Source: a virus. From it: DNA of 64,000 bases. A program made the translations under genes and the position numbers. The notes under the pieces are model-generated. The model saw nothing but the letters and a program-made list of their open reading frames with translations, did no database searches and had not been told where the DNA came from. The DNA is taken from positions 783 to 64,782 of IMG/VR virus record IMGVR_UViG_3300037313_001261; one strand, given 5' to 3'. Below, piece after piece: positions 39,187 through 48,230 of this stretch (its first letter is position 1; the number at the start of each line of letters is the position of its first letter).

Positions 39187-39190
39187 CATC

Positions 39191-39454
39191 ATGATGTGGA
39201 AAGATGTGCCGTGGGTGAAAACCCCTGGCGTGGGGGGCAATCTTGAGGGCAGTTTGGAGGCGGAGCTTACCACCAAGTCAGGTCTCGCCCTGATCCTCAA
39301 CCATTGGGCCGACGGTGACCTGTGGGTGGCGCTCTACACGCGCGACAAACCCTATCGTGGTGACGAAACCTACACGCCCGTCAAAGGCTGCAAGCATCAC
39401 CGGCTTGGCCCACTGGAGGCCCAGTGCCTGCTCAACGCTTACCTGGAGCGGTAA
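39191..39454 (+). CDS. Small paralog family member
   Basis: MMWKDVPW ... LGPLEAQCLLNAYLER. Confidence 0.75.
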   Translation: MMWKDVPWVKTPGVGGNLEGSLEAELTTKSGLALILNHWADGDLWVALYTRDKPYRGDETYTPVKGCKHHRLGPLEAQCLLNAYLER

Positions 39455-39455
39455 C

Positions 39456-39635
39456 ATGTTCACGATTGGACAGAAGGTCTATTCCAAACCCGTCGGCTGC
39501 GTGCCGAAGTTCAAGGGTGTCATCGTCGGCATGACCAAGGAATACATCGTGCGCGACGAAGCCGGCAACGAGTGGTCGCGTCATCCGCGCGAGCTGTTCG
39601 TGCCGGGAAGGAAACCCAAACATGCGGCTCGCTGA
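39456..39635 (+). CDS. Hypothetical small protein (SH3-like)
   Basis: MFTIGQKV...GVIVG, start directly after the motif. Confidence 0.55.
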   Translation: MFTIGQKVYSKPVGCVPKFKGVIVGMTKEYIVRDEAGNEWSRHPRELFVPGRKPKHAAR

Positions 39636-39876
39636 TCTGAAGTGGGAATATAGCGGGCACAACGGCGGCACGAGTAAGAGATGCCGTATAGATCTTAAAG
39701 ACGGCAAGTACATTACAATGCTTCACGCCTGCGGGGCCACGCCACCCTACTATAATATGTGTTTGTGGTATGCGAAGCGGGACATGGTTCCAGCTACTAA
39801 ACGCTATCACCTCGGCCCGCTCGAAGCCCAGTGCTTGCTGAACCATTACCTGGAGGGTAACGATGCGGCTGGCTGA
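39622..39876 (+). CDS. Small paralog family member
   Basis: MRLADLKW ... LGPLEAQCLLNHYLEG. Confidence 0.8.
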   Translation: MRLADLKWEYSGHNGGTSKRCRIDLKDGKYITMLHACGATPPYYNMCLWYAKRDMVPATKRYHLGPLEAQCLLNHYLEGNDAAG

Positions 39877-40096
39877 TCTGCCCTGGCAAAACGTCACCCA
39901 AGACGGCAAGGCGCAGCGTGCGGAGTTGCGCCGCAAGAATGGAATCAAGCGGGCGCATATCGTCAAGCGCGACTACAAGCCGGGGCAGGAGTACATGCTG
40001 TATCTCTATGGCCGGCGCGGCGGGCTCAAGAGGATGCACCTCGATATTGACGCGCTGACCTGCCAGTGCCTGTTGATTGACCATCTGCGGGACTGA
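39863..40096 (+). CDS. Small paralog family member
   Basis: MRLADLPW ... IDALTCQCLLIDHL. Confidence 0.8.
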   Translation: MRLADLPWQNVTQDGKAQRAELRRKNGIKRAHIVKRDYKPGQEYMLYLYGRRGGLKRMHLDIDALTCQCLLIDHLRD

Positions 40097-40133
40097 GGCG
40101 TAAACTTCTATCACCACCACAGGAACCCTAGTC

Positions 40134-40361
40134 ATGTTCACCACCATCGCCGTCGCGGCCAGCGTCGGGTTTATGGCCGGCTCGCTTGCCGGCATCCTGG
40201 CCGAGCGCATCCGTTTCAACCGTCTCATCAAGGCATCGCTCGTGCATGTGCCGGGCTTCCCGCGGCGCGTGGCGATCATCCATGAGCGTGAGCCCGAGCC
40301 CTATGGCGACGAGATCGACATTGAGATGGATCGGCGCCTGGCCCGCTTACCCCGGAGGTAA
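40134..40361 (+). CDS. Hypothetical membrane protein
   Basis: N-terminal hydrophobic helix. Stop codon lies in the motif TAA. Confidence 0.55.
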   Translation: MFTTIAVAASVGFMAGSLAGILAERIRFNRLIKASLVHVPGFPRRVAIIHEREPEPYGDEIDIEMDRRLARLPRR

Positions 40362-40363
40362 CG

Positions 40364-40675
40364 ATGCGGCTCGCTGATCTCGACTGGCACCCACGGGAGA
40401 ACGACCCCTATGAGAAAGCCGGAACCCCCAAGTGGCTGTATGCCGAGGTGCAGAAGCCCGGCACCAACACATGGGTGAGGGTGGCGCGCGCCACCGAGCA
40501 CAACTCCAGCTGGGCCGGGCGCTATTCCGTGCGCACTTACATAGGCCATCCCCTAGAGGGCCACATCACAAAAGCCTACGCCAACTTCGATACCGGGTAC
40601 TGCGACGCGCTCGAAGCGCAGTGCCTTCTCTACGAAATCTTCGCTACCCAGGAGGGTAACGATGCGGCTGGCTGA
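40364..40675 (+). CDS. Small paralog family member
   Basis: MRLADLDW ... CDALEAQCLLYEIF. Confidence 0.8.
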   Translation: MRLADLDWHPRENDPYEKAGTPKWLYAEVQKPGTNTWVRVARATEHNSSWAGRYSVRTYIGHPLEGHITKAYANFDTGYCDALEAQCLLYEIFATQEGNDAAG

Positions 40676-40916
40676 TCTGCCTTGGGTGCTCGACTCACAG
40701 GGCTACTGGATGAACTATTACCAGCAGCTGCCGGACGGCAACTGGCTCAACCTGCACCAGACACCAGCTGGCGTCGAGCCATACGAGTTCAAAGGTTACA
40801 TCTGCAACCAACACACCAACCGGGCCACCAACGCTTTCGAGATCCTGCGTGAAGTCGATGCGCTCGAAGCCCAGTGCCTTATCAACATGGAGCCCCATGA
40901 TGTGGCGCCTCAGTGA
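40662..40916 (+). CDS. Small paralog family member
   Basis: MRLADLPW ... VDALEAQCLIN. Confidence 0.8.
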   Translation: MRLADLPWVLDSQGYWMNYYQQLPDGNWLNLHQTPAGVEPYEFKGYICNQHTNRATNAFEILREVDALEAQCLINMEPHDVAPQ

Positions 40917-41181
40917 TCTCGCCTGGCGCGATACCACGTATTGGCTGGAGAGCAGTGAGGTTATGCTGCCCAAGGACTATTGGGTGCAGGTGTCGCAGAA
41001 CAAGAACACTAAGCTCTACAACATCCACTTTGGGCGCGGGCGGTATCCAATCATGAGCGAGTCCGACAAGTTCGAACTGCTCAAGAGCTGGGTCGGACTC
41101 GACCTCATCGAAGCCACCATCATCTTCAACCAAGCTCTCAACATGGAGCCACCACACCATGAAGAACGCCTTCCAGGATAA
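40897..41181 (+). CDS. Small paralog family member (divergent)
   Basis: MMWRLSDLAW ... LDLIEATIIFN. Confidence 0.7.
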   Translation: MMWRLSDLAWRDTTYWLESSEVMLPKDYWVQVSQNKNTKLYNIHFGRGRYPIMSESDKFELLKSWVGLDLIEATIIFNQALNMEPPHHEERLPG

Positions 41182-41512
41182 GTCCTCGCCTATCACGCCG
41201 ACGCTCGCCCAGGATGTGGACACGCTGTTCGCCAGCCTCGGGGTTGTTACCGATCCGGGTAAGCCGGCTCAAGCCTACGACGCCGCGGTGCAGGCGCTGA
41301 TTACCACCCACAACAAGCTGATCGCCCTCAAGGACGCGCTTGCCGCCCAGGCGGCGCGGCAGCGTGACGTCGATGAGCGCCAGGCCGCCATGGACGCTGA
41401 ACTCAATGCGCGCGAGGCGCGCCTCAACGCCCTCGATCTCCTGACCGGCCAGGTGATCGGGTTCGAGCAGAAGCCGGAGCAAGTGAGGAAGCCGTGGTTC
41501 CGCCGCGGCTGA
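41159..41512 (+). CDS. Hypothetical coiled-coil protein
   Basis: Heptad-rich, ends RKPWFRRG. Confidence 0.65.
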   Translation: MKNAFQDKSSPITPTLAQDVDTLFASLGVVTDPGKPAQAYDAAVQALITTHNKLIALKDALAAQAARQRDVDERQAAMDAELNAREARLNALDLLTGQVIGFEQKPEQVRKPWFRRG

Positions 41513-41538
41513 CCACCACCACCACCACCACCACCACC
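41512..41538 (+). repeat. (ACC)9 microsatellite in an intergenic leader
   Basis: Nine ACC units immediately before the motif copy at 41541. Confidence 0.9.
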
Positions 41539-41558
41539 GCTTACCGAGGAAGGTAACA

Positions 41559-41768
41559 GTGAAACCAGACCTGACGCCTAGCGTCATCTACACCAAGGAG
41601 GGCATCGTCATCCAGATCTACAAGGGCGACATGCAGGTGGAGCGCGTGCCTATCACGCTCGAGGGCGCCATGCTCACCCTGCGCGAGTTGACCGTCGCCA
41701 TTCACCGCGCCTTTATGGAGCAGCAACGCCTGAGAACAACGGAGCTTACCGATGCAGGTAACCCCTGA
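41559..41768 (+). CDS. Hypothetical protein
   Basis: GTG start after motif/RBS. Confidence 0.55.
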   Translation: MKPDLTPSVIYTKEGIVIQIYKGDMQVERVPITLEGAMLTLRELTVAIHRAFMEQQRLRTTELTDAGNP

Positions 41769-41964
41769 AATGGAGCAGGCCGGTGTGGAACTAGTTGAGG
41801 CCGTGCAGCGGTCCACCCGTCGAGAGACTGTTCTTGCCATGCGGGACGCGATAAGAAACGTACCCCACATGATGCGAACGGCGGCCGTTGCCGCCTGGTG
41901 CAACGAGTACGAGAACGACATGCGCGCTATCTTGTTGGAGCGCGAGAAAGAAGAAGGAGCATGA
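41752..41964 (+). CDS. Hypothetical protein
   Basis: Start lies inside the motif spacer. Coupled ORF. Confidence 0.5.
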   Translation: MQVTPEMEQAGVELVEAVQRSTRRETVLAMRDAIRNVPHMMRTAAVAAWCNEYENDMRAILLEREKEEGA

Positions 41965-42188
41965 ACGCACAGACGGCGCCACCCCTTGATCCGCGGACGA
42001 CTCACCCGTATTCGCAGATCATTCGCCGTGTCGACAAGAGCGCCCTACCCAGCGGGGTCATCGCGCTCTACCAGCCCGGCGACAATATCCTCCTGGTCGA
42101 TGCCTACTACTTCGACCTGGAGAGCGTGAGCATCCGCAACCTGATGCTGGCCTGCACCGACCGCGTGATGCTGTCGGACATTCTCTGA
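41961..42188 (+). CDS. Hypothetical protein
   Basis: AAGGAG RBS, ATGA overlap. Confidence 0.55.
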   Translation: MNAQTAPPLDPRTTHPYSQIIRRVDKSALPSGVIALYQPGDNILLVDAYYFDLESVSIRNLMLACTDRVMLSDIL

Positions 42189-42227
42189 TCCACCCACCAC
42201 CACTTACCTAGAAGGGTAACGTCTACC

Positions 42228-43319
42228 ATGAAGATCAACGATTTTCTCCGCGAAGCTCCCGACCTGCTCGACTCCGGCGTGTCCATCGAGCTGACCTCTG
42301 CGCCCGGCATCGGCAAGTCCGAGGGCGTCGATCAGCTGCTCCAGCGGATGCGCGCCCGGGACGGTGCGGATCAGTGGGGCTTTGCCACCATGTTCCTCGC
42401 CACCCAGACCCCGCCGGACCTGATCGGGTATCAGTTCAAGTCCGAGCGTATGGTCAACGGGGAACTCCGGGCCGTCACCGATCCGTCGATGCCGCTGTGG
42501 ATGACCACGGTGGACGGCAAGTCGGTGCTCGAATACCCACGGGGTATCCTGTTCCTCGACGAGTACGGACAGGGTGAGGCCGACGTCAAGCGCGCCTCGG
42601 CCGAGCTGTTGCTCAAGGGTGCGGTTGGCCCGTGGAAGTTGCCCAAGGGCTGGTCGGTGATCGCGGCCTCGAACCGCGCCAACGATCGCTCCGGCGTCAC
42701 CAAGTCGTTCGACTTCGTCATCAACCGCCGGGTCGAGATCCATATCGACGCCGACGTGGGCGCCTGGGAAACCTGGGCCTTCAAGAACGGGGTCGATCCG
42801 GTGCTCATCACCTTCGCGGTCCAGAACCCGAACATCGTCTTTGCCGGCGAGGTTCCGGACAAGCAGGGCCCGTGGTGCACGCCGCGCTCGCTCGTGCTGC
42901 TCGATCGGATGCTGCGTCCGAAGAAGGCGCGCCTGGGGCACTTCCCGGATGATCCGGTCACGACCGAGCTGGCAACCGGCATGATCGGGCCGTCGGCCGC
43001 CTCGCAGCTGATGGCGACGATCCGCCTATCACACGCGATGCCGAAGTACGCCGACATCATCGCCAACCCGAAGACGGCCAAGAAGCCGGACGCCCCCGAC
43101 GCGCAGATGCTGGTGGTGTACGAACTCGCCGGCCGTGTGGACGAGAGCGACGTCGATCCGATCATCCAGTACGTCGATCGGTTCCCGGCCGAGTTCGGAG
43201 TCACCTTCACCAAGGCGGCCGTCGCGCGCAACCCGATGCTCATCAACACCAACGCGTTCGGTGGCTGGTGCCAGAAGAATGCGTCGCTGATGAGCGCGAT
43301 CATCAACGCCGACGACTGA
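42228..43319 (+). CDS. AAA+ ATPase (MoxR / dynein-related type)
   Basis: Walker A APGIGKS, Walker B ILFLDE, sensor AASN, INRR and TPRS. Confidence 0.85.
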   Translation: MKINDFLREAPDLLDSGVSIELTSAPGIGKSEGVDQLLQRMRARDGADQWGFATMFLATQTPPDLIGYQFKSERMVNGELRAVTDPSMPLWMTTVDGKSVLEYPRGILFLDEYGQGEADVKRASAELLLKGAVGPWKLPKGWSVIAASNRANDRSGVTKSFDFVINRRVEIHIDADVGAWETWAFKNGVDPVLITFAVQNPNIVFAGEVPDKQGPWCTPRSLVLLDRMLRPKKARLGHFPDDPVTTELATGMIGPSAASQLMATIRLSHAMPKYADIIANPKTAKKPDAPDAQMLVVYELAGRVDESDVDPIIQYVDRFPAEFGVTFTKAAVARNPMLINTNAFGGWCQKNASLMSAIINADD

Positions 43320-43337
43320 TTACCGGGAGAGGTAACC

Positions 43338-43853
43338 ATGACCATGCACCCTGCGCCCCTCGTGGGCGCGGGGCTTTCAGCCGTGCACGCCAACACGCTG
43401 CAAGCTCTGAACGACATCTACGACGACTACCTCAAGACCGGGATCTATTTCACCCACGGCGACTGGTACGAACGCTTCGGTGAGACGCCCCTGCTCACGG
43501 TCTCGAGCACCCGCACCCACATGCGCGAGGTGGCCAAGGACCTCAAGCGCCCGTTCGTGGTGGTCGATGGCCGCCGGCACTGGCGCTCAGGTGGGGTCGA
43601 GGGGGAGTTCCAGGCCCAGGTCACACTGCCGCGCCAGAAGCAGACCCAGATCCTGATGACACCGATCTTCGTGATCGGGAAAGAAACGACTAACCGCTAC
43701 AGGGCCTCCGACAATGCGGTGTCGTACAAGGTGAGCGCAAGCGTCGCCTATGCCTGGTTCATCGGGGATATGGGCGCCAAGGCGTTCGAAGCCTGGTTCA
43801 AGTACACGCAGGAGCAGCCCGAATGCCGCAAGGTGCTAAAGCTCGACGTCTAG
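43338..43853 (+). CDS. Hypothetical protein
   Basis: 171 aa, starts after motif/RBS. Confidence 0.65.
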   Translation: MTMHPAPLVGAGLSAVHANTLQALNDIYDDYLKTGIYFTHGDWYERFGETPLLTVSSTRTHMREVAKDLKRPFVVVDGRRHWRSGGVEGEFQAQVTLPRQKQTQILMTPIFVIGKETTNRYRASDNAVSYKVSASVAYAWFIGDMGAKAFEAWFKYTQEQPECRKVLKLDV

Positions 43854-44077
43854 CTGACCTAGAGTGGCAGAGCTACAGTGTGGGGTGGGTCGTGTTCAAT
43901 ATCAGCGAGAGATATCGCCTGTTTAAGAACACCGGCGTCGCCAACCATAGCACCATCCCTCTTCATCACTACTGGATGTACGACGAGGACTCCCGCACCG
44001 GCAAGGTGCTCGGGCCGCTCGAAGCGCAATGTCTGCTCAACGCTTACCTGGAGGGTGACGATGTGGGACCAGATTAA
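43823..44077 (+). CDS. Small paralog family member
   Basis: RRLADLEW ... LGPLEAQCLLNAYLEG. Confidence 0.75.
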   Translation: MPQGAKARRLADLEWQSYSVGWVVFNISERYRLFKNTGVANHSTIPLHHYWMYDEDSRTGKVLGPLEAQCLLNAYLEGDDVGPD

Positions 44078-44387
44078 GTGGGAACACTATGCAGCCGGGT
44101 ATTGGGAAAAGCGTGGGCTTCTTAAACACCCGCAAGGCTGGGATCTGGTGATCTATAAAGCCAGGGAGAAAGAGATCTATCGGCTGCACCTGATCCCGCC
44201 TGGTGAAAGCACGATCTATGAAACAGAGGATGTCGATACTCTGTGGGACGCCGTGGCTCAACTCATGCGTCTGTGGGCCATCGACGTCACTTACGAGCGT
44301 TACGACACCCAGTTCACCCGGGCGTGGAAGCTAAAGAACGGATACTTCTACAACCCCGCTGACCATATCCGTTACCGAGAAGGGTAA
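44061..44387 (+). CDS. Small paralog family member (divergent)
   Basis: MWDQIKW ... VDTLWDAVAQL. Stop codon lies in the motif. Confidence 0.55.
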   Translation: MWDQIKWEHYAAGYWEKRGLLKHPQGWDLVIYKAREKEIYRLHLIPPGESTIYETEDVDTLWDAVAQLMRLWAIDVTYERYDTQFTRAWKLKNGYFYNPADHIRYREG

Positions 44388-44392
44388 AGCCA

Positions 44393-44641
44393 ATGGACCA
44401 CCCTGAGATTGCTAACGACACCTCGTTCGGCTCGAGCTACAAGCTCGAGATCCAGCTGCGCAACGGGGCGCTCACGCCCGAGCAGCGCATCGCGTTCCAC
44501 ACCGCCGTCATCAACGCGACGCGGATGCTACGGATGCAGCTCATGTTCGCCCTGCCCGACCAGAAGCTCGGCAAGGTCACGCTCGATCGCGTGTCGAGCG
44601 CCAGCGGCAAGAAGCCGGTGCCGTTCTTTGAGGAGGAGTGA
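44393..44641 (+). CDS. Hypothetical protein
   Basis: Starts after the motif. Confidence 0.6.
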   Translation: MDHPEIANDTSFGSSYKLEIQLRNGALTPEQRIAFHTAVINATRMLRMQLMFALPDQKLGKVTLDRVSSASGKKPVPFFEEE

Positions 44642-44880
44642 TGAAGCTCAGTGAGTTGGAGTGGTATCCATCACGGGCGAGCACATTTAGGGCCGCTTGT
44701 GCTCTACCTGGAGAGCGAGTCCTGACAATAGAAGAATACACCACTATTGAGCGGGGTATTCTTTATCAAATACGGGTGTTCCGGGGCGGGATCGCTATTG
44801 AGAAAACCCATGCTTGGCTTGGCCCCCTCGAAGCACAATGCTTGCTTAACAGTTACCTGGAGGGTAATCAATGGACGTAA
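44641..44880 (+). CDS. Small paralog family member
   Basis: MKLSELEW ... LGPLEAQCLLNSYLEG. Confidence 0.8.
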   Translation: MKLSELEWYPSRASTFRAACALPGERVLTIEEYTTIERGILYQIRVFRGGIAIEKTHAWLGPLEAQCLLNSYLEGNQWT

Positions 44881-45134
44881 GTAAATACACTCAGCTAAAG
44901 GTCGAGGTGGACATCAAGAACAACTTGATCTCCGAGACCAACAAGAACATCATCACCAAGCTGTTGCAGGACGCGATGACCGAATACTTGGTCAAAGCGG
45001 GACTGTTCGCAATGGGCGCCGTGTCGGTCACCATGACCAAGTGGGAAAACGGTGAAGAAACCATCGTTCCACTTGAGCCCGACGAGAACAGCTTTAAGCT
45101 GGGGAAGCCGACCAATGCTGCTCAAGGAGATTGA
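44871..45134 (+). CDS. Hypothetical protein
   Basis: Starts after motif/RBS. Confidence 0.6.
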   Translation: MDVSKYTQLKVEVDIKNNLISETNKNIITKLLQDAMTEYLVKAGLFAMGAVSVTMTKWENGEETIVPLEPDENSFKLGKPTNAAQGD

Positions 45135-45417
45135 GTGGACGAACACCAATAACGAGTACAGCAGCGTCCAGTACAGCCAGGATCTGCGGCGGATCTCCGA
45201 CGGCACCACCGGCTGGCGGCTGTATCTCCAGGATAAGAACTGGTACTGGCTGCAACGGGAGCGGGCGGACGACGGCTGGCCCACCCTGCTGCCGGCCAAC
45301 ATGTTCCATAACTACGACCTGTTCGAAGCCGTCTGCATGTTGGCCGACTTCGAGCCCTATCCACCCACCACCACTCTTACCGACGAAGGTAACCATGACG
45401 ACGAAACTCAAGTTTGA
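45115..45417 (+). CDS. Small paralog family member (divergent)
   Basis: MLLKEIEW ... YDLFEAVCML. Confidence 0.6.
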   Translation: MLLKEIEWTNTNNEYSSVQYSQDLRRISDGTTGWRLYLQDKNWYWLQRERADDGWPTLLPANMFHNYDLFEAVCMLADFEPYPPTTTLTDEGNHDDETQV

Positions 45418-46717
45418 CACCGAGAAGAAGCACGCGCCTATCACGCGCGACCAGCAGCTCACCAACAAGCAGAGCATCGAGTGGGAAAAGACCCGCGCGG
45501 CGTTCCTGACCAAGTGCCCGGCGTTCAGCCACGTGTTCTACACGCTCATGGCCAAGCACGCCGGTGAGCATCTCGCCGTGTTCACCTCCGGCGTGCCGAT
45601 CGCCGCCACCGACGGGCAGATGCTGTTCCTCAACGCCGACAAGTACTTTCCGCTCTCATTGCAAGAGCGGGTGTTTGTCATCGCCCACGAGGTCGCGCAC
45701 TGCATCTTCGATCATTGTGGCCTGATGCACGGCTATCGCCGCCGCGGCAAGATCAAGTACGCCGACGGCACGGAACTGGAGTACCACTCCGAGCTGATGA
45801 ATATTGCGACCGATCTCGTCATCAACGACATGCTGATCGAGTCGAAGATCGGCAAGTACAACAAGGACTGGCTGTACGACCCCTCGCTCGGGGTGTTCAC
45901 GGACTCGGTGATCGACGTCTACAAGAAGGTTTACAAGCAGGCCGAGAAGAACGGTGCGTTACCGAAGGGGGTAAGTTTCGACCTGCATCTGGCCCCCGGT
46001 GCCGGCAAGGGGCAGGACGCCAACACCGCCGTCAAGGAACGCGAGGCCATGACGCAGGAGTGGAAGGTGGCGGTCGCCGCCGGCATGGCTGCGGCCAAGG
46101 CCCAGGGCAAGCTGTCGGCCGGCCTCGAACGCTTGCTTGGCGACCAGATGGAACCCCAGGTCAGCTGGCAGGAGCACATTCAGGGCTTCTTTGCCCGCAA
46201 GGTGGGCTCGGGGTCGTACAACTGGCGCAAGCCCGACCGGCGCTTCATCGTCCGGCCGGAGCAGATGTACTCCCCGGGTCCGTCCGGCTTTGGCGCCGAG
46301 CATGTCGTGGTGCAGCTCGACACCTCGGGCTCGATCAACCAGGAGACGATCGACATGTTCCTGGCCGAGGTCGGCGGCATCCTGGAGGACGTTAGACCTA
46401 AGCGCATCACCGTGCTGTGGGTGGACTCCGAGATCGCCGGCATCGACGAGGTCGAGGAGGGTTCCGACCTGTCCAGCCTCAAGCCCAAGGGTGGTGGCGG
46501 CACCAACATGGCGCGCGCCTTCGAGTGGATTACCCAGCAGGGTATCGAGGATGAGATCGACTGCCTCCTGACGCTCACCGACGGCTACACGCCGTTCCCG
46601 CCATGCCCGTCCTACCCGGTGCTGTGGGGCTCGATCACCCCGGCCGGTAGCGTCACCTACCCGTTCGGCGAGGTGGTCTACATCCCGCAGCAGGCCAAGA
46701 AGAAGCGGGCGGCGTAA
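45395..46717 (+). CDS. Metallopeptidase-like (DUF2201-type) + VWA domain protein
   Basis: AATDG, HEVAH (HExxH), MIDAS DTSGS, GGGGT and LTDGY. ATG at 45395 follows the motif. Confidence 0.85.
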   Translation: MTTKLKFDTEKKHAPITRDQQLTNKQSIEWEKTRAAFLTKCPAFSHVFYTLMAKHAGEHLAVFTSGVPIAATDGQMLFLNADKYFPLSLQERVFVIAHEVAHCIFDHCGLMHGYRRRGKIKYADGTELEYHSELMNIATDLVINDMLIESKIGKYNKDWLYDPSLGVFTDSVIDVYKKVYKQAEKNGALPKGVSFDLHLAPGAGKGQDANTAVKEREAMTQEWKVAVAAGMAAAKAQGKLSAGLERLLGDQMEPQVSWQEHIQGFFARKVGSGSYNWRKPDRRFIVRPEQMYSPGPSGFGAEHVVVQLDTSGSINQETIDMFLAEVGGILEDVRPKRITVLWVDSEIAGIDEVEEGSDLSSLKPKGGGGTNMARAFEWITQQGIEDEIDCLLTLTDGYTPFPPCPSYPVLWGSITPAGSVTYPFGEVVYIPQQAKKKRAA

Positions 46718-46718
46718 C

Positions 46719-46982
46719 ATGCGGTATGCCCAGCTCACTCCGCTGGGGATCGCTGGTCTGGTGGGCGTCGGGATCTTTCTCGGCGCCCTCGCCTCGACCG
46801 GTAACCCCAACATCGCCTGGCCGCTCGTGCCGCTGCTGTGGATGGTCTACCTCGACGGCAAGGGCACCAACAACGGCGCTTATCACCGGGTCATGAACGG
46901 CTTCTGGTGGGTCGCCATCAATCCCCCCGGGCAGACCAAGACCGATATTACCACCAAGGGTAACGACGATGCGGCTGGCTGA
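46719..46982 (+). CDS. Hypothetical membrane protein
   Basis: Two hydrophobic segments. Confidence 0.55.
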   Translation: MRYAQLTPLGIAGLVGVGIFLGALASTGNPNIAWPLVPLLWMVYLDGKGTNNGAYHRVMNGFWWVAINPPGQTKTDITTKGNDDAAG

Positions 46983-47259
46983 CCTGAAATGGCGGCGGCA
47001 ACCCGATGGGTTTTGGGACAAGGCCATCGTCAGTGGCCAGGAAGTGATCCACATCTACCGCACGGTCAACGGCCAGCGGGATTGCGGTGGGTTTGGGTTT
47101 CGCCCCGGCCCGTACATCGTCATCGTCCCTCCCGATTTTGAAGGGCACGACGGCCTCTCGGCCGTCGAGGCTCAATGCCTCCTGTTCCACCACATGGGAG
47201 AGAACCATGAAACTGCTGAAGGATCTGAACTGGCAGAAGGTGAGCGATATCTGGGATAA
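46969..47259 (+). CDS. Small paralog family member
   Basis: MRLADLKW ... LSAVEAQCLLFHH. Confidence 0.75.
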   Translation: MRLADLKWRRQPDGFWDKAIVSGQEVIHIYRTVNGQRDCGGFGFRPGPYIVIVPPDFEGHDGLSAVEAQCLLFHHMGENHETAEGSELAEGERYLG

Positions 47260-47446
47260 AGCCTTCGTGTCCTCTAACGTCGTCCTGTTCCGCGCCACGC
47301 AAGACGACAACCCCTTCGGACCATATTTCCTGCGTGTGCTGCGGGATGACTTCGGTGAGCGTACCGACGATCGCGGCAATCTGAGCCCGCTCGAAGCCCA
47401 GTGCCTCCTATTCCATTACCTCGGGGGTAACGATGAAGCTCAGTGA
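47207..47446 (+). CDS. Small paralog family member
   Basis: MKLLKDLNW ... LSPLEAQCLLFHYLGG. Confidence 0.8.
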   Translation: MKLLKDLNWQKVSDIWDKAFVSSNVVLFRATQDDNPFGPYFLRVLRDDFGERTDDRGNLSPLEAQCLLFHYLGGNDEAQ

Positions 47447-47735
47447 TCTCGACTGGGACAACAGATTCTGGTCGCCGGCGCGGCAGATGTTCATCGTCGA
47501 CAATCCGGAGTGGCGCTACACCAAGCTGCGCGACGAGCCGCTGACATATCTCGCCACCACCAGTAACGAGGACGTCGAGGAGGGCTGGGGCCGGTTCGTG
47601 CTGATGACCTGGGATGCCCACCGCAAGCTCGGGTACCGTGTCGCTCCGGGCTGGCAGCTCAAGGATCACCTTGACGCGCTCGAAGCGCAGTGCCTCATCA
47701 ACCATTACCTCGGGGGTAACGATGATCCAGCTTAA
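47433..47735 (+). CDS. Small paralog family member
   Basis: MKLSDLDW ... LDALEAQCLINHYLGG. Confidence 0.8.
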   Translation: MKLSDLDWDNRFWSPARQMFIVDNPEWRYTKLRDEPLTYLATTSNEDVEEGWGRFVLMTWDAHRKLGYRVAPGWQLKDHLDALEAQCLINHYLGGNDDPA

Positions 47736-48207
47736 GAACATCATCTGGCAGCGCCGTGCCGATTCATTCCGGGTCTGGTATCCGTTCGGCCGTGACGGCG
47801 GTTCCTACGGCAATACCCGGGTGTACGAGTGGTTCGAAGTCACGCACGCCGGCAAGCTCAAGAGCCACTACGACATCTGCCTGCGGCGGCCGCACTTCGA
47901 GGAGGGTAAAACCATCGAGAACCTCGACGCCGTCACCTGCCAGGCGCTGCTCAACGAGTACTTCGGAGACAAGGAATGCCAAAACCTATCATGCTCCGCG
48001 ACCTCGACTGGTACGCCTTGCACCAATACAGCGGATTCTGCGCCAAAGCGTTCATCCAAATCCCACCAGGGGACAGAGGTTACCTTACCCTCTGGAAGCG
48101 AGACGATGAGCGCACCTACCGCTTCAAGCACCGCTACGGCAACCGCACGACTTTCGACCGTGAGGTGGACGCGCTCGAGGCGCAAGCACTCCTCAACGCT
48201 TACCTAG
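47722..48207 (+). CDS. Small paralog family member with long read-through tail
   Basis: MIQLKNIIW ... LDAVTCQALLNEYFG. The frame stays open across most of the next gene. Confidence 0.65.
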   Translation: MIQLKNIIWQRRADSFRVWYPFGRDGGSYGNTRVYEWFEVTHAGKLKSHYDICLRRPHFEEGKTIENLDAVTCQALLNEYFGDKECQNLSCSATSTGTPCTNTADSAPKRSSKSHQGTEVTLPSGSETMSAPTASSTATATARLSTVRWTRSRRKHSSTLT

Positions 48208-48230
48208 GGGGTAACGATGAGGCTGTGTGA
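47976..48230 (+). CDS. Small paralog family member
   Basis: MLRDLDW ... VDALEAQALLNAYLGG. Confidence 0.8.
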   Translation: MPKPIMLRDLDWYALHQYSGFCAKAFIQIPPGDRGYLTLWKRDDERTYRFKHRYGNRTTFDREVDALEAQALLNAYLGGNDEAV

